Of a DNA stretch of 64,000 nucleotides, positions 52,899-61,427 are shown piece after piece. Under the pieces are notes generated by a model that did not search any database, was not told the origin of the DNA, and was given only the letters and a program-made list of their open reading frames with translations. Each line of letters opens with the position of its first letter. Position 1 is the stretch's first letter. Source of the stretch: an uncultured Acidobacteriota bacterium (GTDB taxonomy: Bacteria > Acidobacteriota > Vicinamibacteria > Vicinamibacterales > 2-12-FULL-66-21). The stretch is taken from contig CAVQXJ010000002.1 in assembly GCA_963717745.1 (NCBI GenBank), forward strand, positions 222,063 to 286,062, read 5' to 3'. The position numbers and the translations under genes are program-made.

Positions 52899-53406
52899 TT
52901 CGAATGCTCTCGCCCCGGAAGAAATGACGCACACGCCCCGTCAGCGCGCCGGCCCGCTGGGAACGGGCCGCACCCAAGCCTATACTCCGGCCGCTGTCAC
53001 AGTCCACCCTTGGGGGCGGTCATGGCTGGCGCGGAGTCGGTGATCGGAAGGCGCTCGATCTTGTGTCGGTCGAATGCCCCGCCGGCATCAGCTCCGGCTC
53101 AGCAGTCATGATGAGGACCTGGGACCGGCGGCCCGGCGTGAGGGGCTCGGCGGTCGGCGCTCGGGGATCGGCGTTGGGACAAAACGCGGGACAAGATCCT
53201 CGGCACCAACCTTGCGAAGTTCGCCGGCACGCCGCTCGACCAGTCGGGCACTACTCGAGAATCGCCGGTTTTCACACGCGTGGCCGCCGGAGATCCATCG
53301 GCGTGGATCAGTGCATTCGATCGAGCGTAGCCTCCGCGTAAGAGCTCTTTCGCCAGTCGTAACCGCGCGGATGCTGGATTTCTTTTTCGACAGACGGAGG
53401 AATGGA

Positions 53407-56320
53407 ATGACCAGGTACGTCGTTCGGTGTGTGTTGGCGTTGCTCCTCGGCGTAGCTCCGGGCTACGCGCAGCAGGGAACCACGGAAGTGCGCGGCCGCG
53501 TACTCGACGCGCAGGGCGCCATGTTGCCGGGGGTCACGGTGAACGTGCGCAACCAGGACACCGGCATGTTCCGCGAAACGATCTCGAACGCCGACGGCAC
53601 GTTCTTCGTCAGCGGGATCGTGCCGGGACGGTATGAGATCGCCGCCGAGCTGCAGGGATTCAAGAAATTCCTGCGCCGGGACGTGGTGCTGGAGATCGGA
53701 AAGACCGCCACGGTCGACGTGCCGCTCGAAGTCGGCCAACTCTCGGAAACGGTGAACGTGTCCGCCGACTCGCCGCTGATCGACACGAGCTCCAAGGAAG
53801 TCGGCGGCAACATCACCGGACGCGAGCTCGTCGATCTGCCGTCGATCAACCGCAACTTCATCGGGTTCATCGGGCTGCTGCCGGGAATCGTACCCAGCAT
53901 CAGCACCGAATCGTTCGGCTCGGACTCGATTTCGGTGAACGGCTCCGACCCGCGGAACAACAACTACATGCTCGACGGCGGCAACAACAACGACGACGTC
54001 ATCGGACAGCGGGCCGGGACCCAGGCCCGGACCGCGCTCGAATCGGTCCAGGAGTTCCAGGTCATCACCAACCAGTTCGACGCCCAGTTCGGGCGCACGA
54101 CCGGCGCGATCATCAACGCGGTGACCAAGAGCGGCACCAACGTCTTTCACGGCAGCGCCTTCGGCTTCGCTCAGGACGCCGATTGGACCGCCAAGGACTA
54201 TTTCGCCAGGACCCGCGAGCTGAGCAAGCCGGACACGCAGCGGCGCGAGTTCGGCGGCACCCTCGGCGGTCCGATCGTCAAGGACCGCGCTCACTTCTTC
54301 GGCAGTCTCGAGCGCGTCATGATCGATCGCGGTGCGGCGCTCGTGTTTCCGAGCCGGCCGGATCTCAACTGGAGCCCGACCACGCAGGACCGGGTGTGGA
54401 ACACGCTCGCGAAGTTCGACCAGCAGCTGAGCGCGGGACAGACGTGGAGTCTGCGCTACCTGCGCGAGGCTCTCTCCGCAACGGAACCAGGCCATCGGCC
54501 AGGTGGCGCCCGGCGCGATTCGAGAAGAGGACGACAAGGATCAGACCGTGGTCGCCGCCGTGTCGTCGGTGTTCGGCAACACCAAGCTGAACTCGCTGCG
54601 GATCGGCTGGACGCAGGAGGACGTGTCGTTCGGCAATCCCTGCTTCAACGGCAATGGGCGCGACCAGGCCGCCTGCGACCCCACCCTGGCGTTCCAGACC
54701 TTCACCGACCAGCAGGCCAACACCGCGCAGGCGCGCGTGAACGACGCCTACCAGATCGAGAACACGTTCACCTGGTTCGTGCCGAACAAGGGCGGCGATC
54801 ACGACATCAAGCTCGGAGCGCAATACGAGTACATCGAGGCCGACAATCTGGCGCAGGACAACTTGAATGGCACCTTCTCGTTCGGCCAGAACGACCTGCC
54901 CTTCGACCGCAACAATCCGCGCACCTATCCCGATCGCCTGACTATCCGCGTGCCCGGCCAGGGGCGCGTCTTCGAGAAGGCGCACTACTTCTCGGTCTTC
55001 GCGCAGGACAAGTGGAAGCTGACCAACCGGGTCACGGCCACGATCGGCCTCCGCTACGATCGCGAAGAGATTCCCGTCCCGGAGCGGAACAATCCGGACT
55101 TTGCCGACGTGAACGACTACCCGGTCGACGGTGACAACTTTCAGCCGCGAGTCGGCGTGTCCTACAGCCTGGATCAGGCCGGCCGGCGGCTGGTCCGCGC
55201 CGGATACGGCCGCTTCTACGACAAGACGCACTTCGAGATCATCGGTGGCCTGTTCAACAACGGGCTCTTCTCCGAATCGTTCACGGTCAACTTCCCGACC
55301 ACCGCGGCGGATCCCGGCCCGCGCCTCGGACAGTTCCCGACCGACCCGTTCCTCGTGAACGGACCGGTCCTCAATCGCGAGCTGCTGAACCAGCGGTTCC
55401 CCCCCGGCAGCGCGCTGAGGAACGCCGGCAACATCACGCTCGACAATCCGAACCGCGAAATTCCGCGATCGGATCAGGTGTCGGTGGGCTATGAGCACCA
55501 GATCGGCGGGACGATGTCTGCCAGCGCGGATTTCGTCCACGTGGCCGGCCGCGGCCTGTTCATGACCTTCGACAAGAACAAGGGGGTGCGTACGACCACG
55601 GTGTCCACCAGCCCGGTCGTCCGCCCCGATACCACGCTCCAGGCGGTCAACACGTTCATCAACGTCGGGGAGACCGAGTACGACGCGCTGCTGCTGCAGC
55701 TCGAAAAGCGGCTCGCGCGCGGGTTCAGCGCGCGCGTCTCGTACACGCTGTCGTCGGCGCGGGGCAACACCAGCTCGAATGGCTCCGGCGCGATCAACTT
55801 CCAGGCTGGGCAGGACCTGAATCTGGGCCTCAACGAAGGAGCCAGCGACTTCGATCGCCGTCACAACCTCGCCGTCAGCGGGCGCCTGCTCGTGCCCTAC
55901 ACTCACGGGATGACGTTCAGCTGGGTGGCACGCGCGCTCAGCGGGCTGCCGTTCACGCTCACCAACAACACCATCGACGTCGATCGCAACGGCACGCTGT
56001 TCGATCCCATCGCTGCCGGAACGTATACCGGCGGCGGTACGCGTGCCGCCGACAACTACTCGGCGGACTTCGACGGCGGACGCAACGGCGCTCGAGGCCC
56101 GGGCTTCTTTCAGCTGGATACGCGCTATGGGTGGCGGCTGCCGCTCGGCCAGGGCCGGACGCTCGACGTCTCGGCCGATGTGTTCAACCTCACGAATCGC
56201 GCGAACTTCGCCAATCCGAGCGGCAATCAGGGCGCGTTGGCGACCTTCCTGGTGCTCTCGGCCCTGCGCGACGGCGCCGCGCCGATGACGCTCCAGGTCG
56301 GTGCGCGCTTGGGGTTCTAG
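53407..56320 (+). CDS. TonB-dependent receptor with CarboxypepD_reg-like N-terminal domain; frame broken near 54470
   Basis: MTRYVVRCVLALLLG signal. GRVLDAQGAMLPGVTVNVRNQDTG...DGTFFVSGIVPGRYEI. Plug region. Sequence continues from ...WSLRYLRE (frame of 53074 ORF) to SPQRNQAIGQVAPGAIREEDD (frame of 54503 ORF). Ends ...LQVGARLGF. Confidence 0.85.
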
Positions 56321-56329
56321 CGGCTGAAC

Positions 56330-56446
56330 CCCCCCGCGTGTCAAGGGAGAAGGGAGAAGGCAAAAGGGAGAACTGACGGATTCGCGCCAAGAAATAGGAG
56401 ACTCCCCCTTCTCCCTTCTCCCTTTTCCCTTGTCGGCGTCAGGGGG
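56330..56446. repeat. repeat family B copy 5 (full hairpin, ~43-nt arms, ~30-nt loop)
   Basis: The left arm CCCCCGCGTGTCAAGGGAGAAGGGAGAAGGCAAAAGGGAGAAC pairs with the right arm CCCCCTTCTCCCTTCTCCCTTTTCCCTTGTCGGCGTCAGGGGG. Confidence 0.9.
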
Positions 56447-56470
56447 ACGCGATCGCTATACTCAGGAGAG

Positions 56471-58279
56471 ATGCGTCCCGCCTTCCGCCGGCTCCTGCCA
56501 TTCCTGCTCGTCTACCGGCGCCAGTTCGTCATCGGGCTGTTCTGCGTGGTCGTCACCACCGTCATCCAGTTGCTGTCGCCCTGGATCCTCAAGTACGCGA
56601 TCGATGACCTGAACACCGGCGTCACCCGCGCCAAGCTGGCGTTCTATGCCGGGACGCTGCTCGGCGTCGCGTGCGTCGGCGCGGTGTTCCGCTACCTGAT
56701 GCGGCAGATTCTGATCGGGGCGTCCCGCGACATCGAATACGACATCCGCAATGCGGTCTTCGCGCGGCTGCAGCAGATGCCGCTCGGCTATTACCAGGCG
56801 CGGCGCACCGGCGATCTGATGTCCCGGGCGACCAACGATCTGAACGCGGTCCGCATGATGATCGGGCCGGCGGTGATGTACTCCGCCAACACCATCCTGG
56901 TGTTCGTGGTGGCGATCGTCCTGATGCTGTCGCTCGACGCCCGCCTGACGATGATGGCGCTGCTGCCGCTGCCGCTCGTGACCGTCATCGTCAAGTATTT
57001 CGGCAGCGCCATCCACAAGCGGTTCGAGGCGATCCAGGAACAACTGGCGCATCTGAGCGCGGTGGTCCAGGAGTCGCTCGCCGGCGTCCGCGTGGTCCGC
57101 GCCTACAACCAGCAGGCCCACGAAATCGAACGGTTCAGCGAGGCCAATCGCGAATACGTGCGGCGCAACCGCGTGCTGATCCGCCTGCAGGGGCTGTTCT
57201 TTCCGAGCATGACGCTGTTCCTCGGCTTCGGCTCGCTGCTGGTGCTGTGGCTCGGCAGCCGCCACGTCATCCGCGGGGAGATCACGCTGGGAGAGTTCGT
57301 CGCGTTCAACGCCTACCTGGTGATGCTCAGCTGGCCGATGATCGCGTTCGGATGGGTCACCAACATCCTGCAGCGGGGCATGGCGTCGTGGAAGCGGATG
57401 ATGGAGGTGCTCGACGCGGTCCCTGAGATCGACGACCGTCACGTCACCGACGCCGGCCGCGTGGCGCCGCTCACCGGCGCAATCGAGATCCGCGACCTGG
57501 TCTTCATCTATCCAGGCTCGGAGCGGCCGATCCTCGACCACATCTCGCTGACGATCCCGGCCGGCCAGACCGTCGCGCTGGTCGGCGCGACCGGGTCGGG
57601 CAAGTCCACGCTGATTCATCTGATCCCGCGCCTGCACGATCCGCCGCCCGGCACCATCTTTCTCGACGGCGTCGACGTTCGCGAGATCCCGCTGCACCGG
57701 CTGCGTGGAGCGATCGGTTTCGTGCCGCAGGAGCCGTTCCTGTTCTCCGACACGATTGCCGACAACGTGGGGCTGGGCGCGGCGGCGGCGGCTGACTTGT
57801 CCGCCGGAGCTTTAGCGAAGGCGGAAGGCGGAAGCCACGAGCACGCGGCAAGCGAGCGGCTGGAGAGCGCCGCGGCGATTGCGCGGCTCGACAAGGACAT
57901 CACGACATTTCCGAAGGGCTACGACACCCTGGTCGGCGAGCGGGGCATCACCTTGTCCGGCGGCCAGAAGCAGCGAACCGCCATCGCCCGCGCCGTGATG
58001 CTCAACCCGGCAATCCTGGTCCTGGACGATGCGCTGTCGGCGGTGGACACCTATACGGAGGAGGAGATCCTGAAGCGGATGCGGGTGTTCATGCGGAACC
58101 GGACGTCGATCCTGGTCTCGCACCGGGTGTCGACGGTGCGGCACGCCGACGTCATCGTGGTGCTGCAGGACGGCCGGATCGCCGAGCAGGGCTCACACGA
58201 CGAGCTGGTCCGGCGGGGAGGGATCTACGCCGATCTCCATCGGAAGCAGTTGTTGCAGGAGGAACTCGCGGCGAGCTAA
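56471..58279 (+). CDS. ABC exporter, fused permease/ATPase (MsbA/MdlA-like), first of a pair
   Basis: 6-TM domain plus NBD: GATGSGKST (Walker A), LSGGQKQRTAIARA (signature), ILVLDDALSAVD (Walker B). Confidence 0.9.
   Translation: MRPAFRRLLPFLLVYRRQFVIGLFCVVVTTVIQLLSPWILKYAIDDLNTGVTRAKLAFYAGTLLGVACVGAVFRYLMRQILIGASRDIEYDIRNAVFARLQQMPLGYYQARRTGDLMSRATNDLNAVRMMIGPAVMYSANTILVFVVAIVLMLSLDARLTMMALLPLPLVTVIVKYFGSAIHKRFEAIQEQLAHLSAVVQESLAGVRVVRAYNQQAHEIERFSEANREYVRRNRVLIRLQGLFFPSMTLFLGFGSLLVLWLGSRHVIRGEITLGEFVAFNAYLVMLSWPMIAFGWVTNILQRGMASWKRMMEVLDAVPEIDDRHVTDAGRVAPLTGAIEIRDLVFIYPGSERPILDHISLTIPAGQTVALVGATGSGKSTLIHLIPRLHDPPPGTIFLDGVDVREIPLHRLRGAIGFVPQEPFLFSDTIADNVGLGAAAAADLSAGALAKAEGGSHEHAASERLESAAAIARLDKDITTFPKGYDTLVGERGITLSGGQKQRTAIARAVMLNPAILVLDDALSAVDTYTEEEILKRMRVFMRNRTSILVSHRVSTVRHADVIVVLQDGRIAEQGSHDELVRRGGIYADLHRKQLLQEELAAS
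57800..57825. repeat. REP-like hairpin R copy 2, located inside the ABC exporter coding sequence
   Basis: TCCGCCGGAGCTTTAGCGAAGGCGGA (stem 6 bp, loop 14 nt) matches the reverse complement of 42476-42503. Encodes part of ...DLSAGALAKAEGGS... Confidence 0.65.
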
Positions 58280-58280
58280 C

Positions 58281-58394
58281 GCAATGCCAAAAATGCCAAA
58301 AATGCCAAGAGTGCCAAAACTGGGGGGCACTGCCGCGCGTTTTCCACCCCCGCACTTTTGGCATTCTTGGCCCTTTTGGCATTTTTGGCATTCC
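58281..58394. repeat. family C hairpin: ~40-nt arms made of ATGCCAAAA nonamer repeats
   Basis: The left arm GCAATGCCAAAAATGCCAAAAATGCCAAGAGTGCCAAAAC pairs with the right arm GCACTTTTGGCATTCTTGGCCCTTTTGGCATTTTTGGCATTCC. Occupies most of the 121-nt spacer between the two ABC genes. Confidence 0.9.
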
Positions 58395-58400
58395 TGAACA

Positions 58401-60221
58401 ATGTCGGTCCACGACGAAGAAATCCTCGGCAAGGCCTACGACTCGGTGCTGATGCGGCGGCTGCTGCGTTACCTGCTGCCGTACCGCGGCCAGGTGGCGC
58501 TGGCGCTGGTGGCCATCATCCTGGCGGCGGGGCTGCAGCTCGCGCAGCCGTACCTCGTGAAGATCGCGATCGATCGCCACATCCAGCCCGGGAACCTCGC
58601 CGGTCTGGACGGGATTGCCGTGGCGTTTCTCGCGATTCTGCTGGCGTCGTTCACGCTGGAGTTCCTCCAGACCTGGACGCTGCAGCTGACCGGGCAGCGC
58701 ATCATGTTCGACATGCGGCTCCAGATCTACCGGCACCTGCAGCGGCTCGACGTCCAGTTCTACGATCGCAATCCGGTCGGCCGCCTGATGACCCGGGTGA
58801 CGACCGACGTCGACGTGCTGAACGACATGTTCACCGCCGGCGTGGTCTCGATCTTCGGCGACCTGTTCATGCTCACCGGCATCATGATCGTGCTGGTGGT
58901 GATGGACTGGCGGCTGGCGCTGGTGGCGTTCTCGGTGCTGCCGCTGATCGCGATCGTGACGCAGTGGTTCCGCCGCAACGCCCGGGAATCGTACCGCGTG
59001 GTGCGGACGCTGATCGCCCGGATCAACGCCTTCCTGCAGGAGCACATCACCGGCATGTCCACGGTGCAGCTGTTCCGCCAGGAAGACCGGACCTTCGGGC
59101 GGTTCGACGAGATCAACCGCCGGCACCGCGACGCCAACGTGCAGTCGATCTTCTACTACGCGGTGTTCTACCCCGCGATCGAGGTGATCGGCGCGCTGGC
59201 GGCGGCGCTGATCATCTGGTTCGGCGGCGGATGGACGATGGCCGGGACGCTCACGCTCGGCTCGCTGGTGGCCTTCCTGCAATACTCGCAGCGGTTCTTC
59301 CGGCCGATCAGCGACATGTCCGAGAAGTTCAACGTGCTCCAGGCCGCCATGGCGTCCTCCGAGCGCATCTTCAAGCTGCTGGACACGCCGGTGAAGATCG
59401 CACCGGACCAGCGATTCGACCAGCCGCCGGCCCGCGCGCGGAGCGCGGCCCTGCGGTCAACAGGGGATCGGGCCACCAGCGGCTCGATCGTCTTCGAGGA
59501 CGTGTCGTTCGCCTACAACGAGACGGACTTCGTCCTCCGGCACGTCTCCTTCGAGGTGAAGCCCGGAGAGCGGGTCGGCATCGTCGGCGCGACCGGCGCC
59601 GGCAAATCGACGTTGATCAACCTGATCCTGCGCTTCTACGACACCACCAGCGGGCGCATTCTCGTCGACGGGGTCGATGTCCGCGACCTGGAGCTCCAGC
59701 CGCTGCGCGACAAGTTCAGCCTGGTGCTCCAGGACGTGCACCTGTTCTCCGGCACCATCGCGTCGAACATCAGGCTGGGCAGCACCGCCATCACCGACGC
59801 CCAGGTCCGCGCCGCGGCCAGCGCGGTCCACGCGGACCAGTTCATCGCGGCGCTGCCGCAAGGCTACGACCATCCGGTTGCCGAGCGGGGCGCCACGCTC
59901 TCGGTCGGCCAGAAACAGTTGCTGTCGTTCGCCCGGGCGCTTGCGTTCGACCCGGAGATCCTGGTCCTGGACGAGGCGACGTCCAGCGTCGACACCGAGA
60001 CCGAGCTGATCATCCGCGATGCCCTCAAGGTGCTGATGGCGGGCCGGACCACGCTGGCGATCGCCCACCGCCTGTCGACCATCCAGGACATGGACAAGAT
60101 CCTGGTGATGCACCATGGCGAGCTGCGTGAGGCCGGCACGCACCAGGAACTCCTGGCGCGGCGCGGCATCTATTACAAGCTGTATCAGTTGCAGTTCAAG
60201 GATCAGGAGTTGGGGGCCTGA
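58401..60221 (+). CDS. ABC exporter, fused permease/ATPase (MdlB-like), second of the pair
   Basis: GATGAGKST, LSVGQKQLLSFARA, ILVLDEATSSVD, TTLAIAHRLSTI. Confidence 0.9.
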   Translation: MSVHDEEILGKAYDSVLMRRLLRYLLPYRGQVALALVAIILAAGLQLAQPYLVKIAIDRHIQPGNLAGLDGIAVAFLAILLASFTLEFLQTWTLQLTGQRIMFDMRLQIYRHLQRLDVQFYDRNPVGRLMTRVTTDVDVLNDMFTAGVVSIFGDLFMLTGIMIVLVVMDWRLALVAFSVLPLIAIVTQWFRRNARESYRVVRTLIARINAFLQEHITGMSTVQLFRQEDRTFGRFDEINRRHRDANVQSIFYYAVFYPAIEVIGALAAALIIWFGGGWTMAGTLTLGSLVAFLQYSQRFFRPISDMSEKFNVLQAAMASSERIFKLLDTPVKIAPDQRFDQPPARARSAALRSTGDRATSGSIVFEDVSFAYNETDFVLRHVSFEVKPGERVGIVGATGAGKSTLINLILRFYDTTSGRILVDGVDVRDLELQPLRDKFSLVLQDVHLFSGTIASNIRLGSTAITDAQVRAAASAVHADQFIAALPQGYDHPVAERGATLSVGQKQLLSFARALAFDPEILVLDEATSSVDTETELIIRDALKVLMAGRTTLAIAHRLSTIQDMDKILVMHHGELREAGTHQELLARRGIYYKLYQLQFKDQELGA

Positions 60222-60279
60222 CGCTCGACAAGGGACAAGGGGTGCCTTCTCCCTTCTCCTTTGTCAGCGTCAGGCCCCC
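60212..60279. repeat. repeat family B copy 6 (hairpin variant), probable bidirectional terminator
   Basis: GGGGGCCTGACGCTCGACAAGGGACAAGGGG ... CCTTTGTCAGCGTCAGGCCCCC. The left stem contains the ABC gene's TGA. The right stem ends 3 nt before the convergent gene's stop. Confidence 0.85.
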
Positions 60280-60282
60280 AGC

Positions 60283-60828
60283 CTACTGTTTGGCGACCTC
60301 GACCGGGGGGACGGGCCATTCGGGTCGCGGGGGCAGGACGGCTTCCCGCTGGCGGAACAATCGATCGACCAGCCGGGGGGCGCTGTTCCGCGGATTCCAG
60401 CCCATCCGGAGGACGGTGGCCATCATCTGCCGCCGGCCGAGGACGAGCGCTTCGTCGCAGTTCCACACATAGATGTCCAGATGCCGGCCGTGGACCTTCG
60501 GACCGGTATCCATGACGGTGTAGATGCCGTTGTAGCGCTCGGGCAGCTTGTCGATCTGGACGACCGAGCCGACCGGGAGCAGATCGGGATCCGCGGCGGC
60601 AATCCCGGAGCGCACGTTGACCCCAGACGCGGTGGTGGTCCCGCGGCAGTATCCGGTTGCCGTGAACGGGAGGCGAACGCCTGGCGCGGGAGCGGCCTTC
60701 AGCTCCTGGTCCGATTGCCTGGCGGCAAATCGGGAGTCCATCATCGTGACCTCGTAGAGCGTCGCGAACGAAACGACCGCCACGAGAGTCACGAGGAACT
60801 TGCGCCCGATGGAGCGATTCAAAAACAT
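60283..60828 (-). CDS. 3D-domain (MltA-like double-psi beta-barrel) protein with N-terminal TM
   Basis: FTATGYCRGTTTASGVNVRSGIAAADPDLLPVGSVVQI...YTVMDTGPKVHGRHLDIYV. Confidence 0.8.
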   Translation of the reverse strand: MFLNRSIGRKFLVTLVAVVSFATLYEVTMMDSRFAARQSDQELKAAPAPGVRLPFTATGYCRGTTTASGVNVRSGIAAADPDLLPVGSVVQIDKLPERYNGIYTVMDTGPKVHGRHLDIYVWNCDEALVLGRRQMMATVLRMGWNPRNSAPRLVDRLFRQREAVLPPRPEWPVPPVEVAKQ

Positions 60829-60927
60829 AAGTTTCGGTTCCCCTGGGGCGCTGGGGGACTCCTAACTCTAAACGCCCAGGCCCCCCGGGTCAACCTGCAG
60901 CTCAGCAATACGAATTCGGGCAAGTAC

Positions 60928-61422
60928 TTACATTTCCGGATGTTGCGAGCGATGCAGTCGCTTCCGATGCGTCGTGATCATCACGAACGCGACGCGGTAG
61001 GCGAGGAGGGCGAGCAGTGTCGCCGCCACGGTCGATCCCAGCGTGAAGGCCCAGAGGACGGGTCTCAACGCTCCGGCGGCGGTCCGGAACTCCGTCCACG
61101 ACAGGTTCTTCATCGCGACCAGCAGCGCCTCGACCGCACCGGGAGGAACCGACGTGCGCAACAGGGAGGCGCCGAGCCAGGTCGCCAGCGAGTAGTACGG
61201 CACCAGGATCCAGGGCAGGTTGGAGTAGACCCCGAGCAGCACGGCGACCCGATTCAGGTTCAGTGCGAACGCGAGAATCAGGCCCAGAATCGTGTGAAAC
61301 CCGAGCAGGGGAGAGAAGCCCAGAAAGACGCCGAGCGCATAGGCGGCGGCGGTTCGCTGGGGCGTGTCGTGGGTGTGCAGCAGCTGCTCGAGCCACACCC
61401 GAACCCGAGGGAATCTCACCAC
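60928..61422 (-). CDS. DUF2062-family membrane protein
   Basis: HDTPQRTAAAYALGVFLGFSPLLGFHTILGLILAFALNLNRVAVLLGVYSNLPW. GTG start. Confidence 0.75.
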   Translation of the reverse strand: MVRFPRVRVWLEQLLHTHDTPQRTAAAYALGVFLGFSPLLGFHTILGLILAFALNLNRVAVLLGVYSNLPWILVPYYSLATWLGASLLRTSVPPGAVEALLVAMKNLSWTEFRTAAGALRPVLWAFTLGSTVAATLLALLAYRVAFVMITTHRKRLHRSQHPEM

Positions 61423-61427
61423 GCGGG

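Noticed and set aside
53000-53140. A possible cobalamin riboswitch upstream of TonB receptor 2, based on GGTGATCGGAAGG, GGTCGAATGCCCCGCC and GAGGACCTGG resembling conserved B12-element blocks.
   Set aside because: The resemblance is limited to a few short GC-rich strings with the wrong spacing. The receptor is a CarboxypepD_reg-type, not BtuB-like, and the candidate lies about 270 nt from the start codon. It needs a covariance-model scan before any claim.
53142-53332. A short frame reading ...DKTRDKILGTNLAKFAG..., reminiscent of amidohydrolase C-termini (KILGxNAxRLxG), as a possible gene remnant.
   Set aside because: Only about 17 residues are suggestive. The frame is closed by stops at 53109-53141 immediately upstream, and no further family motifs appear. 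This is too weak to call.
4170-54480. Programmed ribosomal frameshifting as the explanation for the seven frame breaks.
   Set aside because: No slippery heptamer or conserved downstream stimulator is shared by the sites. The affected genes (ankyrin, cstA, TBDRs, membrane protein) are not known to use recoding. Sequencing error or pseudogenisation is more parsimonious.
58193-58432. ORFs translating the ATGCCAAAA hairpin (for example ...MPKMPKMPRVPK... or CQKCQKGQECQKC) as possible repeat peptides. Likewise, KGEGRREKGE-type translations of family B.
   Set aside because: The periodicity is 9 or 7 nt at DNA level with inverted-repeat symmetry. There is no start or SD context, and the same DNA gives equally repetitive peptides in every frame. 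It is better explained as a structural nucleic-acid element.
25359-60279. Whether the reiterated short units and hairpins (families A-E) could be CRISPR arrays.
   Set aside because: There is no constant 25-40-nt repeat alternating with unique similar-length spacers. The units are 7-9 nt, directly abutting and degenerate. The arms are inverted, not direct, and no cas genes are present.
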